A DNA stretch of 64,000 bases from a bacterium (GCA_046346885.1 JAXMHI010000003.1:93-64092), one strand, 5' to 3'; positions 8,844 to 18,420 are shown, counted from the stretch's first letter. Notes: generated by a model not told the origin, from the sequence alone. Numbers and translations are program-made.

Positions 8844-10334
8844 CTAAGACAGGGAGCGCCCGGTCTTATGACGGTAGAGGAAGAATCCCAGGACCGACAT
8901 GAAAATACCGAAGAGAAGAGTCAAGCCTCTGGCCGACACCGGATTTCCGGCATTCAGAGAACAGCCGCCGCTGCTGCTCATTCCGTCGAAGGGATTTCCA
9001 GGAATCGTCTTTCTGGCCGCGATGGTGAGGGGGGATTGCTCGAGATCGATTCCCAGCCAAGATCCTCCTTGCGGAGTCAGTTCCGTGGCTGATTTTCTCA
9101 AAAGCTCCGCCAGGTTTAGAGAGCCCGAGGAACCAAAAAGCGCGATTTCATGGCTGTTGTCGCCGAAAAAGGCGTCCCATTTCGCGATTTCGACGCCGTA
9201 GTCGGGAGTGGAGGGCGAGTAGACGCCCGAGGCTTTCATCAGTCGGCTTACGAGGTCCACTTCCTCGGGGGGCAGGCAGGCCTTTCCCTCTGTTCCGCAA
9301 TCGGAGATGAATTTATTGAAGCGGTCTAGCGTCAAGTTGGGGAAAGCCGCATTTTGTCCCACGAGCGCCGGGTAGTTGATCGCTTCGATTTTTTGCTGAG
9401 CGGATTGGAAGGACTGAATGCCTTGCTGCAAAAGATTTTCCGCTTCGGTGATCTTGTTCTGATCCGCTCCGGGCAGGCTTCGTTCCTTTTCGAATGCTTG
9501 ATAGGCCTTTTCGACGGCGACTTCAAGATTCGATCCGGCCTGCCCGATGCCGTCCACGGGAGATTGCAGAGCCGTGTTTTGCAAGACATCCGAGAATGCG
9601 ACGAGGTTTGATGGAAAGGTGTTAAGTTCCGTTTTCAGGTCGCTGACGGCATTCAAAACTTCTTGATCTCGTCCCGCGGAATAGGCGGCCGCGCCCCTCG
9701 CAAACCCGATGAACATCCGAACTTCCTGCGACAAGAATTGAAGGGACTTGTCTCCCATGTCGCCCGCTGCATGGAAATCGTCCACCGTCATAGTTTGGCC
9801 GCTTCCGATGGAGACCAATTCCGGGATGAGCTGGTTCACCTCGTCGTCGGTGGCGGGGACGTAGATCGGGCCGTTGCCCACGTTCATGGCGCTGACGTCG
9901 CAAACGGGATCCCAACACCAGGAAATCAACCAGTCCGCGCCTTGTCCGATGAGTGTTCCGGCGGTAGCTCCGGCAAGGACCGCCGCGGCGACTCCGGAAA
10001 CGGTGGTGGCGGTGGCCAGCGTGGCTTCCGCCGCCGTGACGGCTGCGGCCGCCGATTCCATAGCCGCGACGGTCTCCGCCGTGGTTGCGGCGGCGGCGTT
10101 CGCAGCGGCGAAGGCCGCTTGGGCCGTCGCCAAGTCTTGTTTAGCCGCAGCGAGAGCTGCCGCCGCGGTGGCGACGGCGGCAGCAGCCGTTTTTGCCGCA
10201 TCCGCGAGGTAAGCCGTGTAGCTTTTGGCTTCATTCCAAAGACCGTCGGCCTTTGACGTGGCCACGCTTCCGAGGCTCGTATAAAGAATGAGCGCCGTTG
10301 CCACGGCTTTTCGAATTTTTGATTGAATGGACAT
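8844..10334 (-). CDS. Secreted Ala-rich protein (496 aa) with a C-terminal sorting-signal-like tail
   Basis: Signal peptide, then about 100 aa of poly-Ala/Thr coil. The C-terminus SSSGGCSLNAGNPVSARGLTLLFGIFMSVLGFFLYRHKTGRSLS is Gly-Gly-Cys, a TM helix and a basic cluster. GGAGG RBS present. Confidence 0.8.
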   Translation of the reverse strand: MSIQSKIRKAVATALILYTSLGSVATSKADGLWNEAKSYTAYLADAAKTAAAAVATAAAALAAAKQDLATAQAAFAAANAAAATTAETVAAMESAAAAVTAAEATLATATTVSGVAAAVLAGATAGTLIGQGADWLISWCWDPVCDVSAMNVGNGPIYVPATDDEVNQLIPELVSIGSGQTMTVDDFHAAGDMGDKSLQFLSQEVRMFIGFARGAAAYSAGRDQEVLNAVSDLKTELNTFPSNLVAFSDVLQNTALQSPVDGIGQAGSNLEVAVEKAYQAFEKERSLPGADQNKITEAENLLQQGIQSFQSAQQKIEAINYPALVGQNAAFPNLTLDRFNKFISDCGTEGKACLPPEEVDLVSRLMKASGVYSPSTPDYGVEIAKWDAFFGDNSHEIALFGSSGSLNLAELLRKSATELTPQGGSWLGIDLEQSPLTIAARKTIPGNPFDGMSSSGGCSLNAGNPVSARGLTLLFGIFMSVLGFFLYRHKTGRSLS

Positions 10335-10384
10335 AAGCTCCTCCTGATAATGGGTTAGTGTTTATAGGATTAAAAGGAGGGGGT

Positions 10385-10400
10385 TGCAGGCCGAATGCCA
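10385..10400 (-). promoter_or_regulatory. sigma54 (-24/-12) promoter for 8844..10334
   Basis: The minus strand reads TGGCATtcggcCTGCA. GG-to-GC spacing matches the consensus TGGCAC-N5-TTGCW exactly. It lies about 50 nt upstream of the ATG at 10334. Confidence 0.65.
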
Positions 10401-10549
10401 GTAAATCTAATTAATTGATATTAGTTATATTTTTAAAATTAAGAATAAATTTAAATTAAAAATAAACGTTTATTTTTTATAAAATACATTTATTGAATTT
10501 AAATTTGAATGCGATTTACTTTTAAAAATGTTCATTTAAAATTCCTTCT

Positions 10550-13500
10550 ATGAGTCCCGTCACGGGTCAAATCGACAACCGCTATTCTGTTATCCGCATG
10601 TTGGGTGAAGGGTTCACGGGAGAAGTATATTTAGTGGAGTCTTCGGAAGGCCGTTTCGCGCTGAAACTTCTCAAGCCCTTTTCCGATCGGCGTCTCGAGG
10701 AAAGCATCATCCGTGCTTTTAAATTCGAGTTCGGTTTTTTGAAGGATTTGAGACACCCGAACGTGGTCCGTATCCAAGATTTCGGGTTCGACGATACGCT
10801 AAGACGGTTTTACTTTACCGAAGAATATCTCGACGGGAAGCCGCTCAACGATTTTTGCAAGGGCGCCTCCCCCGAGCTGATCGGAAACCTTTTCATCCAA
10901 TCGATCGAGGGACTCCAAGCAATTCATCGGGCCCATATTCTTCACGGCGACCTTAAAGGCAGCAATCTTCTGGTGATCGAAGAGGAAGGCGGTCCGGTTA
11001 TCAAGATCATCGACTTGGGCCTTTCCGATCCCCGTTTTCCCTTTACCGCCGGTACGCCCTCGACGATGGCGCCGGAGAAGATTTTGAAAGACCACGTGGA
11101 CGAGCGCTCCGATCTTTATTCGTTGGGAGTGGTCTTCTACCAGATCTTCACCGGATCAAATCCCTTCATCGGGAAAAACGTGAAGGAGACTTACCAAGCC
11201 CATCTCGCTCTGAGACCGCCCAAGATCACCTTGAAAAATCCCCAGGTACCTTCTTATTGGAACGAGATTTTCGACTGCCTGCTCGAGAAGAACCCCGCCC
11301 ACCGCTACCGGGACGCGGGCGCGCTGCTCGAGGCTATCGACTTCGCCAAGCCGCAAAAAGCGGGGAAGAAAAAAGTAAAGCCCTGGCGGCCCGAGCGTTG
11401 GGTGGGGCGCGAAAAGATCGTTGAGGAAGTGAGCGGGAAGCTGAAGGCGTTCTTCGAGAAAAAAAACGGCCCCGCGAAGGTTTTATTGCTCTTGGGCGAG
11501 AAAGGGGTGGGGAAAAGCCGCATCGTACAGGAAGTGAAGTATCTTTTCCAAATGGAGAAAGTGGAAGTGTTCGAGTCGAAACCGGGCAGCCTCTTTCCCC
11601 CGTCTTCGGAAGAGCCTCTTCTATGGGTGGTCGACGAGGGATCGCGTTTTTCGCCGGAGGAGCGGTCGCAGATATTAATCAAGATGGAAAAAAATTCCCC
11701 GTCTTGGGCGGCGCTTCTCTCCCTTTTGCCGGAGGAGGGGGAAGATCTCCTTTCCGACTTCGAGAAAAAGGGGGTCGAGGTTTCCAGCGTCACCGTTCGC
11801 CCCTTCACGCGCGAGGACTTAAACGAGTTTTTGAAGGAGCTCACCGACGTGAAGGAGGTTCCCGATCCGTTCTTGGACGGCTTGTGGGAGAAGACTCACG
11901 GCAATCCCCGTCTGGTGATCGGCCTGCTTGAACACTTGGTCGCGGACAAACGGCTGGTCGACGCCCGCGGCCATTGGAACCTTTCCATTTTCAAGGAGGG
12001 CGGCTTCGATCTGAGACCCTTGCCCTTGGACCTCTCCGAGATCGACCAAGCTTTGGTCATCTTGCCTGCGGGCGATCACAAGAATCGCACCGAATTGTGG
12101 ATCAAGCGCAGCGAAGAGCTCCTTAAAAAGAATTTGATCGACGAAGCGAGCGAGTCGTTAAAAAAAGCGGAAGAGGAAACCCAAAAGGTTCAGGACCTCT
12201 CCCAAAAACTCCACTTCCGCTCGCGCATCTACGAGAAGGAGGGGTGGAAGCTCATCCGCGAAGGCCACTTCGACGAGGCCCACAACCGCATGGAGCGGGC
12301 CCTCGCCCTCTTGGAAGAAAGCACGGTGATGGACGAGGTGCTTGAAATCCGCCTCCATAATTTCGTTGCTTGGCTCTATTGCCAGGAGGGAAAGTTCGAC
12401 GAGGCCATCACGCTCTTCGAGGAACAGCAGCGTCGTGCGGAAAAACTTCCCCCTGCCGAACAGCAGCGCGTCCTCAATAACGAATTGGGGCAGGCGTATT
12501 TGATGAAAGGGGATCTGAAGCGGGCGATTTTCTTCCTCGAGGCGGCCTTCGATTTTTACGAGAAGGTCGGCGACTTGCCCAGCCGCATGAAGGGGCTCTA
12601 CAACTTGGCGGAAGCGCACGCGCAGGCCAAAGATTATTCCAGGGCGATCCAGTATTATCTGAAAGCCGCCGAGATGTCGCGATTCCACCGCAACTTCGAG
12701 CTTTTGCTGCGTGCCTACAATGGCTTGGGGAAAACTTTCCACCTTCAAGGGAACTACAACGAGGGCTTGAGTTATTACGAGCGCGCCTTGGAACTTGCCC
12801 GCTATCTCGAAGATTATTTGAGCGCCGCGGCCATCGCGCAAAACATCGGTTCCATCCAGTCGGAGCGTGGGGATTTCGAACCCGCCGATGCCCACTTCGA
12901 GCTTTCGCTCAAGATGCTGCGCAAGCTTTCCCAATTGAACGCCCACGCCAAATACCTCATCTGCCGAGCTTTGCTGGAGAAGGGCGATCTCTACCGCAAG
13001 CAGAAGAAATTCAAGGACGCGGAAGAGCTGATCCGCGACGCTTTCCAGCTCACCCAACAGGAAAGCTCCCTCGCTTCGTTCCGTTTCTGGGTGCTCTACA
13101 CCCAGTCGCAGTTGGAAAGAGACCAAGGGAATTTCGAGAAACTCAAAGACCTCATGGCCGAGCTGATGCCTCTGGCCGACGACGGCGAGAAGCGGGATCG
13201 TTGCCGCGAGTTGCTGCAGGACAAAACGATGACGCCGGTAGTGGCCCCTGCAGAAATCCATCGCACCCGCGCCGAAGCCATTCCCGCCTCACCTTCCCGT
13301 TCGGGGGCCTTGGAGGCCTTGATTCGGGTGGCGCGCTGGCTCGCCTCCGAAAAGGATCCCGAGCGGCTCTTGCCCCTCATCATCCGCCAGGCAACCGAGC
13401 TTTCCGGGGCGGAGGCGAGGTCGTGCTCTTGGAAGACGCGGGAGGCAAGATGGTCCCGCGCGCGAGCGTAAATTTGAGTTTGAACGAAACGCTCGCCCAG

Positions 13501-15079
13501 ATGAGCCAGAAGATGGCCGCTCAGGTTCTGGCTACGGGAGAGGTATTGCAGACGGGCAATGCCCAGCAAGACGACCGTTTCCGCATTTACGAATCCGTGG
13601 TGGATTTGGGGCTTCAATCGATTCTCGCCCTGCCCATCCGCAGCGAAAATCGGGTGATGGGCGTTCTCTCCCTGGTGCACCGCCACCGGATGAACGCATT
13701 TCAGGACGTCTCTCTCGAGCTCATGCTCGCCTTCGCCGACCAGGCGGGGATTGCGCTCGAGAACGCCCGTTTGGTGAAGAGCTTGGAAGAGGCGCAAGGT
13801 CGCCTGTCTAGGGATCTCCAACAAACCCAAGAAGAGCTGGATGAGGTCCGCCGGAATATTTCCGGGGCCGAGGTGCTCAAGCGTTTCATCGGCGAGAAGC
13901 TCATCAGCGGAAACAAGGCGATGGGCGAGTTGTTCAGCGTGGTGGAACGTCTGCGCGACACCGATCTTTCCGTGTTGCTTCATGGCGAATCGGGGACGGG
14001 CAAAGAACTTATCGCCCGCTCCCTCCACCGCAAGTCGCGGCGCGCTGCGAAGCCGTTCGTGGCGGTGAACTGCGCGGCCTTGCCGGCCAACCTCATCGAA
14101 AGCGAGCTCTTCGGTTACCGGGCCGGCGCCTTTACCGGGGCCACGCGAGACAAGAAAGGGCTCATCGAGGCGGCCCACGAAGGCACCCTCTTTCTCGACG
14201 AGATCGCCGAACTCGAATTGCCCCTGCAAGCCAAGCTGCTGCGCGTGCTCGAAGAGCGGGAGGTGACGCGCTTGGGGGACGTGAAACCCGTTGCCGTCGA
14301 TTTTCGCCTCATTTCCGCTTCGCACCGGAACTTGAAGGAAGAGATCGTCCTGCAGAAATTCCGCGAGGATCTTTTTTACCGCATCTGTGAGATCGAGCTA
14401 AAATTCCGCCGCTGCGCGAGAAAGGAAGATATCCCGCTGTTGGCTCAGGCCTTCATCGACGAATATCTCGGCAAAGAAGGGGGCGCAAAGAGAAGAAGGA
14501 GGAGGAGGAGAGGTGCGTTTAAGGAGGGATCTCTTAAAGCTTCTCATCGATTATTCTTGGCCCGGCAACTGAGGGAGTTGGAAAATGTGATTCGCGTCGC
14601 CACGGCGCTGCGCAAAGGGAGCATTTTGCACACCGAAGACGTTCCCGAAAGCGTGCGGGCTTCGTGGGGCGATGCGAAGAAAAAGGCATCGGCGATCTCC
14701 CCGCCGGAACCCCTCGCGACTTTTCCCCAAACGCCTCTCCTTCCACTTTGTTCGACCCGAAAAAAAGTTGGCAAGAAATGGAGACGGTGGCCCTCGCCAA
14801 ATCCCTCCTCCATTTTGGTTTCGACGTGAAAAAAGCCTCGGAGGCCTTAGGCTGCGCGGTTTCGAAGCTCTATCAGCGGATGCGGGAGTACGGGCTCGAA
14901 AAGCGGAAAGATGAATTTCAAACCCATCCTTTCATTTATTCTCCCAAGAGAGCTTCTTTGGAAACCCTCAAGCGGCAAGTGTTTGCGGGGCTTTAAAATA
15001 TTGTGAGAACAGCCCCTATCAAGCCGCCCGCCTTTTGAAAGTGAGTCCGGGGATGGTGTATCAGTGGATGCGTTCTTAA
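10550..15079 (+). pseudogene. Ser/Thr kinase - P-loop NTPase - TPR - GAF - sigma54 AAA+ - HTH regulator (EBP1), broken by at least 5 frameshifts (sequence error or pseudogene)
   Basis: Parts lie in ORFs 10550..13471, 13201..14829 and 14664..14996, plus an untracked tail ending LKYCENSPYQAARLLKVSPGMVYQWMRS* at 15079. It is collinear with intact paralog 46612..51369. Motifs: HGDLK, GEKGVGKS, GESGTGKE, GAFTGA (14125..14142), and DYSWPGN/RELENV split by a frame change. Confidence 0.8.
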
Positions 15080-15091
15080 CTTTCCTGGACC

Positions 15092-15105
15092 TTTACAATT
15101 TGTAT
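15092..15105. promoter_or_regulatory. Candidate activator (UAS) palindrome TTTACAATTTGTAT
   Basis: ACA-N3-TGT core about 93 nt upstream of the sigma54 -24 element at 15191. Same core as boxes 15421, 51407 and 56502. Confidence 0.35.
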
Positions 15106-15190
15106 CCTTAAAGGTTACAACCCGCGCGATAAAAGTAATTCATCCCCGCCTTATTTTTAAAAACCTAAATATTTTCAATGAGTTAATTTT

Positions 15191-15206
15191 TGGCATTTCC
15201 ATTGCT
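15191..15206 (+). promoter_or_regulatory. sigma54 (-24/-12) promoter
   Basis: TGGCATttccaTTGCT, with exact consensus spacing. Confidence 0.65.
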
Positions 15207-15215
15207 TTTAAGAAG

Positions 15216-15398
15216 GGGTGCACACGCAAAGTCATGGGGATGACTTTGGATGGAAAAAACTGGCCTGGGGAAAATATAGAAGGATGGCAAAAGAATTGAG
15301 AAGTTTCTGGCCCGAGAAAGGCTCGGACAGAAAAAAACAACCTAAGCCCTCCTCACTGAAAACGGCCTTTGTCAAAAGCAAAGGCCGTTTTGTTTTTT
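15216..15398 (+). ncRNA. Candidate sigma54-dependent small RNA (about 180 nt), or a very small ORF transcript
   Basis: Bounded by the sigma54 promoter at 15191 and an intrinsic terminator at 15359..15398. Internal hairpins are AAGTCAT-GGGG-ATGACTT and CCGAG-AAAGG-CTCGG. An unpaired CCCTCCTCA lies just before the terminator. No convincing RBS-plus-ORF is present. Confidence 0.4.
15359..15398 (+). terminator. Rho-independent terminator
   Basis: 13-bp stem AAAACGGCCTTTG/CAAAGGCCGTTTT with loop TCAAAAG, followed by a TTTTGTTTTTT tail. Confidence 0.75.
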
Positions 15399-15420
15399 GG
15401 ATTATCTTGTGCACTCGAAT

Positions 15421-15434
15421 TATACATTTTGTAA
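15421..15434. promoter_or_regulatory. Candidate activator (UAS) palindrome TATACATTTTGTAA
   Basis: ACATTTTGT core about 72 nt upstream of the sigma54 -24 element at 15499. Confidence 0.35.
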
Positions 15435-15498
15435 ATAGATTGTGCGTTATGGAATCTAATAATTTTAATAAATCGAATAAAATCAATAAGTTAAAATT

Positions 15499-15514
15499 TG
15501 GCATCCATGTTGCT
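15499..15514 (+). promoter_or_regulatory. sigma54 (-24/-12) promoter for 15563..16000
   Basis: TGGCATccatgTTGCT with exact consensus spacing, about 50 nt upstream of the ATG. Confidence 0.65.
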
Positions 15515-15562
15515 TTATAGAAAAGTGTCTCCACATGAGACAAGAAAGAGAAGGAGAAAATT

Positions 15563-16000
15563 ATGGCGACGAAAACGATGGGTTTAAGCTTTCATGACGG
15601 TAAATGTTACGCGCAGCAATTCGTGGATAATGGAAAAGGCGGAAAAGATTATCGTGAAGTGGAATGGGATTTAGCGAAGGGCAAGCCGGTGGTGCATACG
15701 CCGGAGAAAAAATCGGCGGAGATGGCGAAGGCCAAGGGCGGACTTTCCACTCTCGTGGGCGGCGGAAAACCCGCGACCACCCCTAAGAAGAATCTTTTCG
15801 ATCCTAAGCACCATAAACCGCAGTTCGCTTCGCCGACTTTCATGGCGGACGTGAAGGCGAATGCGACTCCCAACAAAAAGGGCAAGGTGGATGCTCCCGT
15901 GGTGAAACCGCTCACGGCCCCCGAAGTGACGCCCACCCCGATGACGAGATACGCGCTCGCCCACGGCACCTCGATCGGCTACGCGAAGAAGTCTGCTTAA
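15563..16000 (+). CDS. Lys/Pro-rich hypothetical protein (145 aa), no signal peptide
   Basis: ATG with an AAGGAG RBS 7 nt upstream. A terminator follows the ORF. I recognise no domain. Confidence 0.7.
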   Translation: MATKTMGLSFHDGKCYAQQFVDNGKGGKDYREVEWDLAKGKPVVHTPEKKSAEMAKAKGGLSTLVGGGKPATTPKKNLFDPKHHKPQFASPTFMADVKANATPNKKGKVDAPVVKPLTAPEVTPTPMTRYALAHGTSIGYAKKSA

Positions 16001-16042
16001 TTTTTGAATGGTCAGGTAGCGGCAAGGAAACTTGCTAAGAAG

Positions 16043-16082
16043 ACCCCGCGCAATCGTATGGTTCGCGGGGTTTTGCTTTTTT
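16043..16082 (+). terminator. Rho-independent terminator
   Basis: Stem CCCCGCG/CGCGGGG followed by TTTTGCTTTTTT. Confidence 0.6.
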
Positions 16083-16695
16083 ATTCCATGAGGACCGGGA
16101 GCAAATGAGGATCTATGCCTTCGGCGGTGAGGATTTTAAAGGTGGTGTCGAAGGCGTAAGGGATTTTCCAGAGGGCTCGATCGAAGATTTCCGGGTAAAG
16201 CTTCTTGAACCCCATCAAATAAAACCCTCCTTCTTGCGTGGGGCCGAATACGGCGTCTTCGTCTTTTAAAATCTCGAAGGCCTGCATGAAATGAGGTCGG
16301 CCGATGGAGGGCCGGTGGGAGGCGCCGAGCACGACCCTCTCGTAACGTTCGAACATGGTTTTGAAGATGTTTTCGAGCCGGTTGCCGAGAAAATCCCCTC
16401 GCTGAGGGGAAAGGCGAGGACTGAAAGCCATTTTCTTGTACTCCGCGACGGGGTAACGCGGGTCATAGAAGGCCAAGGCTTCATATTCTTTTCCGACGGG
16501 CCGGCAGCCGAGGAATGTTTTGCTCGCTTGTTCGAAAAAATGGGCAATGGCCTCTTCATTTCCTTCGCGCGTGGAGGAGCGGCGGTTCCAAGGGCCGTGA
16601 AGGGGCGAGGGGAGGAAAAGGGCCAAGCCGCATTCCTTCTTTTTCTTATGCGAAGAGGGGAGTGGCTTCTTTTTTTTGTGGGCGTGGTTTTTCAA
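16081..16695 (-). CDS. DUF2064-like (putative glycosyltransferase-fold) protein; start uncertain (TTG at 16695 assumed)
   Basis: The 3' third of tracked ORF 16081..17370. The C-terminal GPTQEGGFYLMGFKKLYPEIFDRALW...AFDTT resembles my recollection of the DUF2064 pattern (DGGYyLlGl...lF..i.Ws...v...T). The upstream part of that ORF is out of frame and overlaps dedA. Confidence 0.45.
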   Translation of the reverse strand: MKNHAHKKKKPLPSSHKKKKECGLALFLPSPLHGPWNRRSSTREGNEEAIAHFFEQASKTFLGCRPVGKEYEALAFYDPRYPVAEYKKMAFSPRLSPQRGDFLGNRLENIFKTMFERYERVVLGASHRPSIGRPHFMQAFEILKDEDAVFGPTQEGGFYLMGFKKLYPEIFDRALWKIPYAFDTTFKILTAEGIDPHLLPVLME

Positions 16696-17339
16696 TTTTC
16701 TTCCTTTTCGACGGGAATCTCGAAGTCTTCTTCCTTCGGTTCGGGGGCTTTTTGCCGCAAGCGGCTGATGACTTTGAAGCCGATGAAGAGAAAAAAGAGA
16801 GCCGCGATCACCCAAATGCCGTGTTCCACCCGCTTCACCCACACGATCAGTTGATCCAATTCTCCCCCGAAATGGTAGGCCAAATAGGTGAGGAGCGGGA
16901 TGGAGAGCAACGCGGCCGCTCCGTCGAAAAGGGCCATTTTTGAGAAGGGGATCTTGAAGGCTCCGGCGCTCAAGAAGATCGGCGCCCTGAGCCCCACCAA
17001 AAAGCGCGCGAAAAAAAGCGTGCGGCTCCCGTATTGATGGAAATAGTGGTTGATGGCCTTCACCCGCTTGGGCGTGAAAAGCCAGGTGAGGCGCCGGTGG
17101 GCGATGATATCCGAGCCGTAGCGCCGGCCGATTCCGTAGAGCAAGAAGTCGCCGATCATGGCTCCCGCGTAAAGAACGATCAGGGTAGGCAAGAAACGGG
17201 TTTCCCCTAAATAGGCCAGGTAGCCGCCGGTGATGATGACCAGGTCTTCCGGCAGGGGAAGGCCCGCGCCGCAAAGCAGGAGAATGACAAAAAGCCCTTG
17301 ATAATGATAGTCCCCGATGTGTTGAAGGATGGTCTCCAT
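16692..17339 (-). CDS. dedA: DedA/SNARE-associated family membrane protein
   Basis: 215 aa and multi-pass hydrophobic. Contains the DedA-type motif GLPLPEDLVIITGGYLA. Confidence 0.8.
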   Translation of the reverse strand: METILQHIGDYHYQGLFVILLLCGAGLPLPEDLVIITGGYLAYLGETRFLPTLIVLYAGAMIGDFLLYGIGRRYGSDIIAHRRLTWLFTPKRVKAINHYFHQYGSRTLFFARFLVGLRAPIFLSAGAFKIPFSKMALFDGAAALLSIPLLTYLAYHFGGELDQLIVWVKRVEHGIWVIAALFFLFIGFKVISRLRQKAPEPKEEDFEIPVEKEEN

Positions 17340-17373
17340 GGAGCGGAGAAAAGCATAGCAGCTCGTTCATAAA

Positions 17374-18420
17374 ATGTTTACACGAGATTTTTCATTCGAG
17401 TACCCGCAAGAATTGGTCGCCCAAGAGGGCCTCGCCGAGCGCGACGCCTCGCGCATGATGGCGCTCGACCGAGGCCGTCAAACCATTGCCCATCGGGTGT
17501 TTCGCGACTTACCTTCTTACTTCAATAAAGGCGACCTGCTTTTGCTCAACAACACCAAAGTCCTGCCCGCCCGGCTGTGGGGAAGGAAAAAGTCCGGCGG
17601 AAAGGTGGAGATCTTGCTCATCCGCCCTTGGCGAGGGCAGGCGTGGGAGTGTTGGGTCCGCTCTCTCAAGGGTTTGCAAGACGGAAGCGAGATTTTATTT
17701 TCAAGAAACGGCGCCGACTTCGCCGCCCGATTGCGTTTCGAGCCGGAAGAGAACCTAAAGACGATCGAGTTTCCTCCCGACGTTCCGGTTCTCGATTTCA
17801 TGCGCGAGCAAGGGGCGGCCCCTCTCCCGCCTTACATTAAGCGTCCGGAACCCCGAGTCGGCGACCGCGAACGCTATCAAACCGTCTTTGCCGAAAAAGA
17901 AGGGGCGATCGCCGCGCCGACCGCGTCGCTCCATTTTACGCCCCGAATCTTGAAAGAGCTTTCCGAGAAGGGAGTGGAAATTCGATATCTCACCCTTCAC
18001 GTGGGCATCGGCACCTTCCAGCCGGTCACCTCGGAAAATGTGGAGGATCACCGGATGCAGGAAGAGTTTTACGAGATTTCCGAAGAAACGGCGGAGGCCG
18101 TTCGGTGGGCAAAACGGGAAGGCCGCCCGGTGACGGCCGTCGGGACCACTTGCGTGAGGGCGGTAGAGTCTTATTTTCAAGATCCTTCCGTCGTTCCACC
18201 ATCGCCGGGGACGCTTCTCTCCACGCGGCTTTTTATCCATCCCGGCTATTCTTTCCAAATCGTCGACCGCTTTCTCACCAATTTCCACCAGCCGGAATCG
18301 ACTCCCCTTTTCTTGACGAGCGCCTTCGCGGGAAAAGAATTCCTCTTCCGCGCCTACGCGGAAGCGATCCGAGAGAAGTATCGCCTCTTCAGCTACGGCG
18401 ACTGCATGTGGATTTTCTGA
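17374..18420 (+). CDS. queA: S-adenosylmethionine:tRNA ribosyltransferase-isomerase
   Basis: 348 aa. FDFxYPxELIAQ-like N-terminus, VLPARL, PLPPYI and HFTP motifs, typical length. Confidence 0.9.
   Translation: MFTRDFSFEYPQELVAQEGLAERDASRMMALDRGRQTIAHRVFRDLPSYFNKGDLLLLNNTKVLPARLWGRKKSGGKVEILLIRPWRGQAWECWVRSLKGLQDGSEILFSRNGADFAARLRFEPEENLKTIEFPPDVPVLDFMREQGAAPLPPYIKRPEPRVGDRERYQTVFAEKEGAIAAPTASLHFTPRILKELSEKGVEIRYLTLHVGIGTFQPVTSENVEDHRMQEEFYEISEETAEAVRWAKREGRPVTAVGTTCVRAVESYFQDPSVVPPSPGTLLSTRLFIHPGYSFQIVDRFLTNFHQPESTPLFLTSAFAGKEFLFRAYAEAIREKYRLFSYGDCMWIF

Noticed and set aside
12158-14325. Long minus-strand ORFs (367 and 409 aa) antisense to the kinase-EBP gene
   Set aside because: Their low-complexity Leu/Glu/Arg-rich translations have no motifs and lie exactly opposite a gene with many strong motifs. 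They are typical antisense shadow ORFs in GC-rich coding DNA. The same applies to 37401..38636 (opposite the DAHP synthase), 44542..45342 (opposite groEL), 31805..32614 (opposite queE) and the many short ORFs inside 401..6010.
15218-15520. 100-aa GTG-start ORF between the two sigma54 promoters
   Set aside because: It has no usable RBS spacing. It also reads through a strong intrinsic terminator (15359..15398) and through the next promoter. The region is better explained as a short non-coding transcript plus a regulatory spacer.
16081-17370. 429-aa ORF in the track covering the whole 16.1-17.4 kb interval
   Set aside because: Its 5' two-thirds is an Arg/Pro/Gly-rich out-of-frame shadow of the well-supported dedA gene (16692..17339). 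Only the 3' 200 codons look like a real (DUF2064-like) protein.
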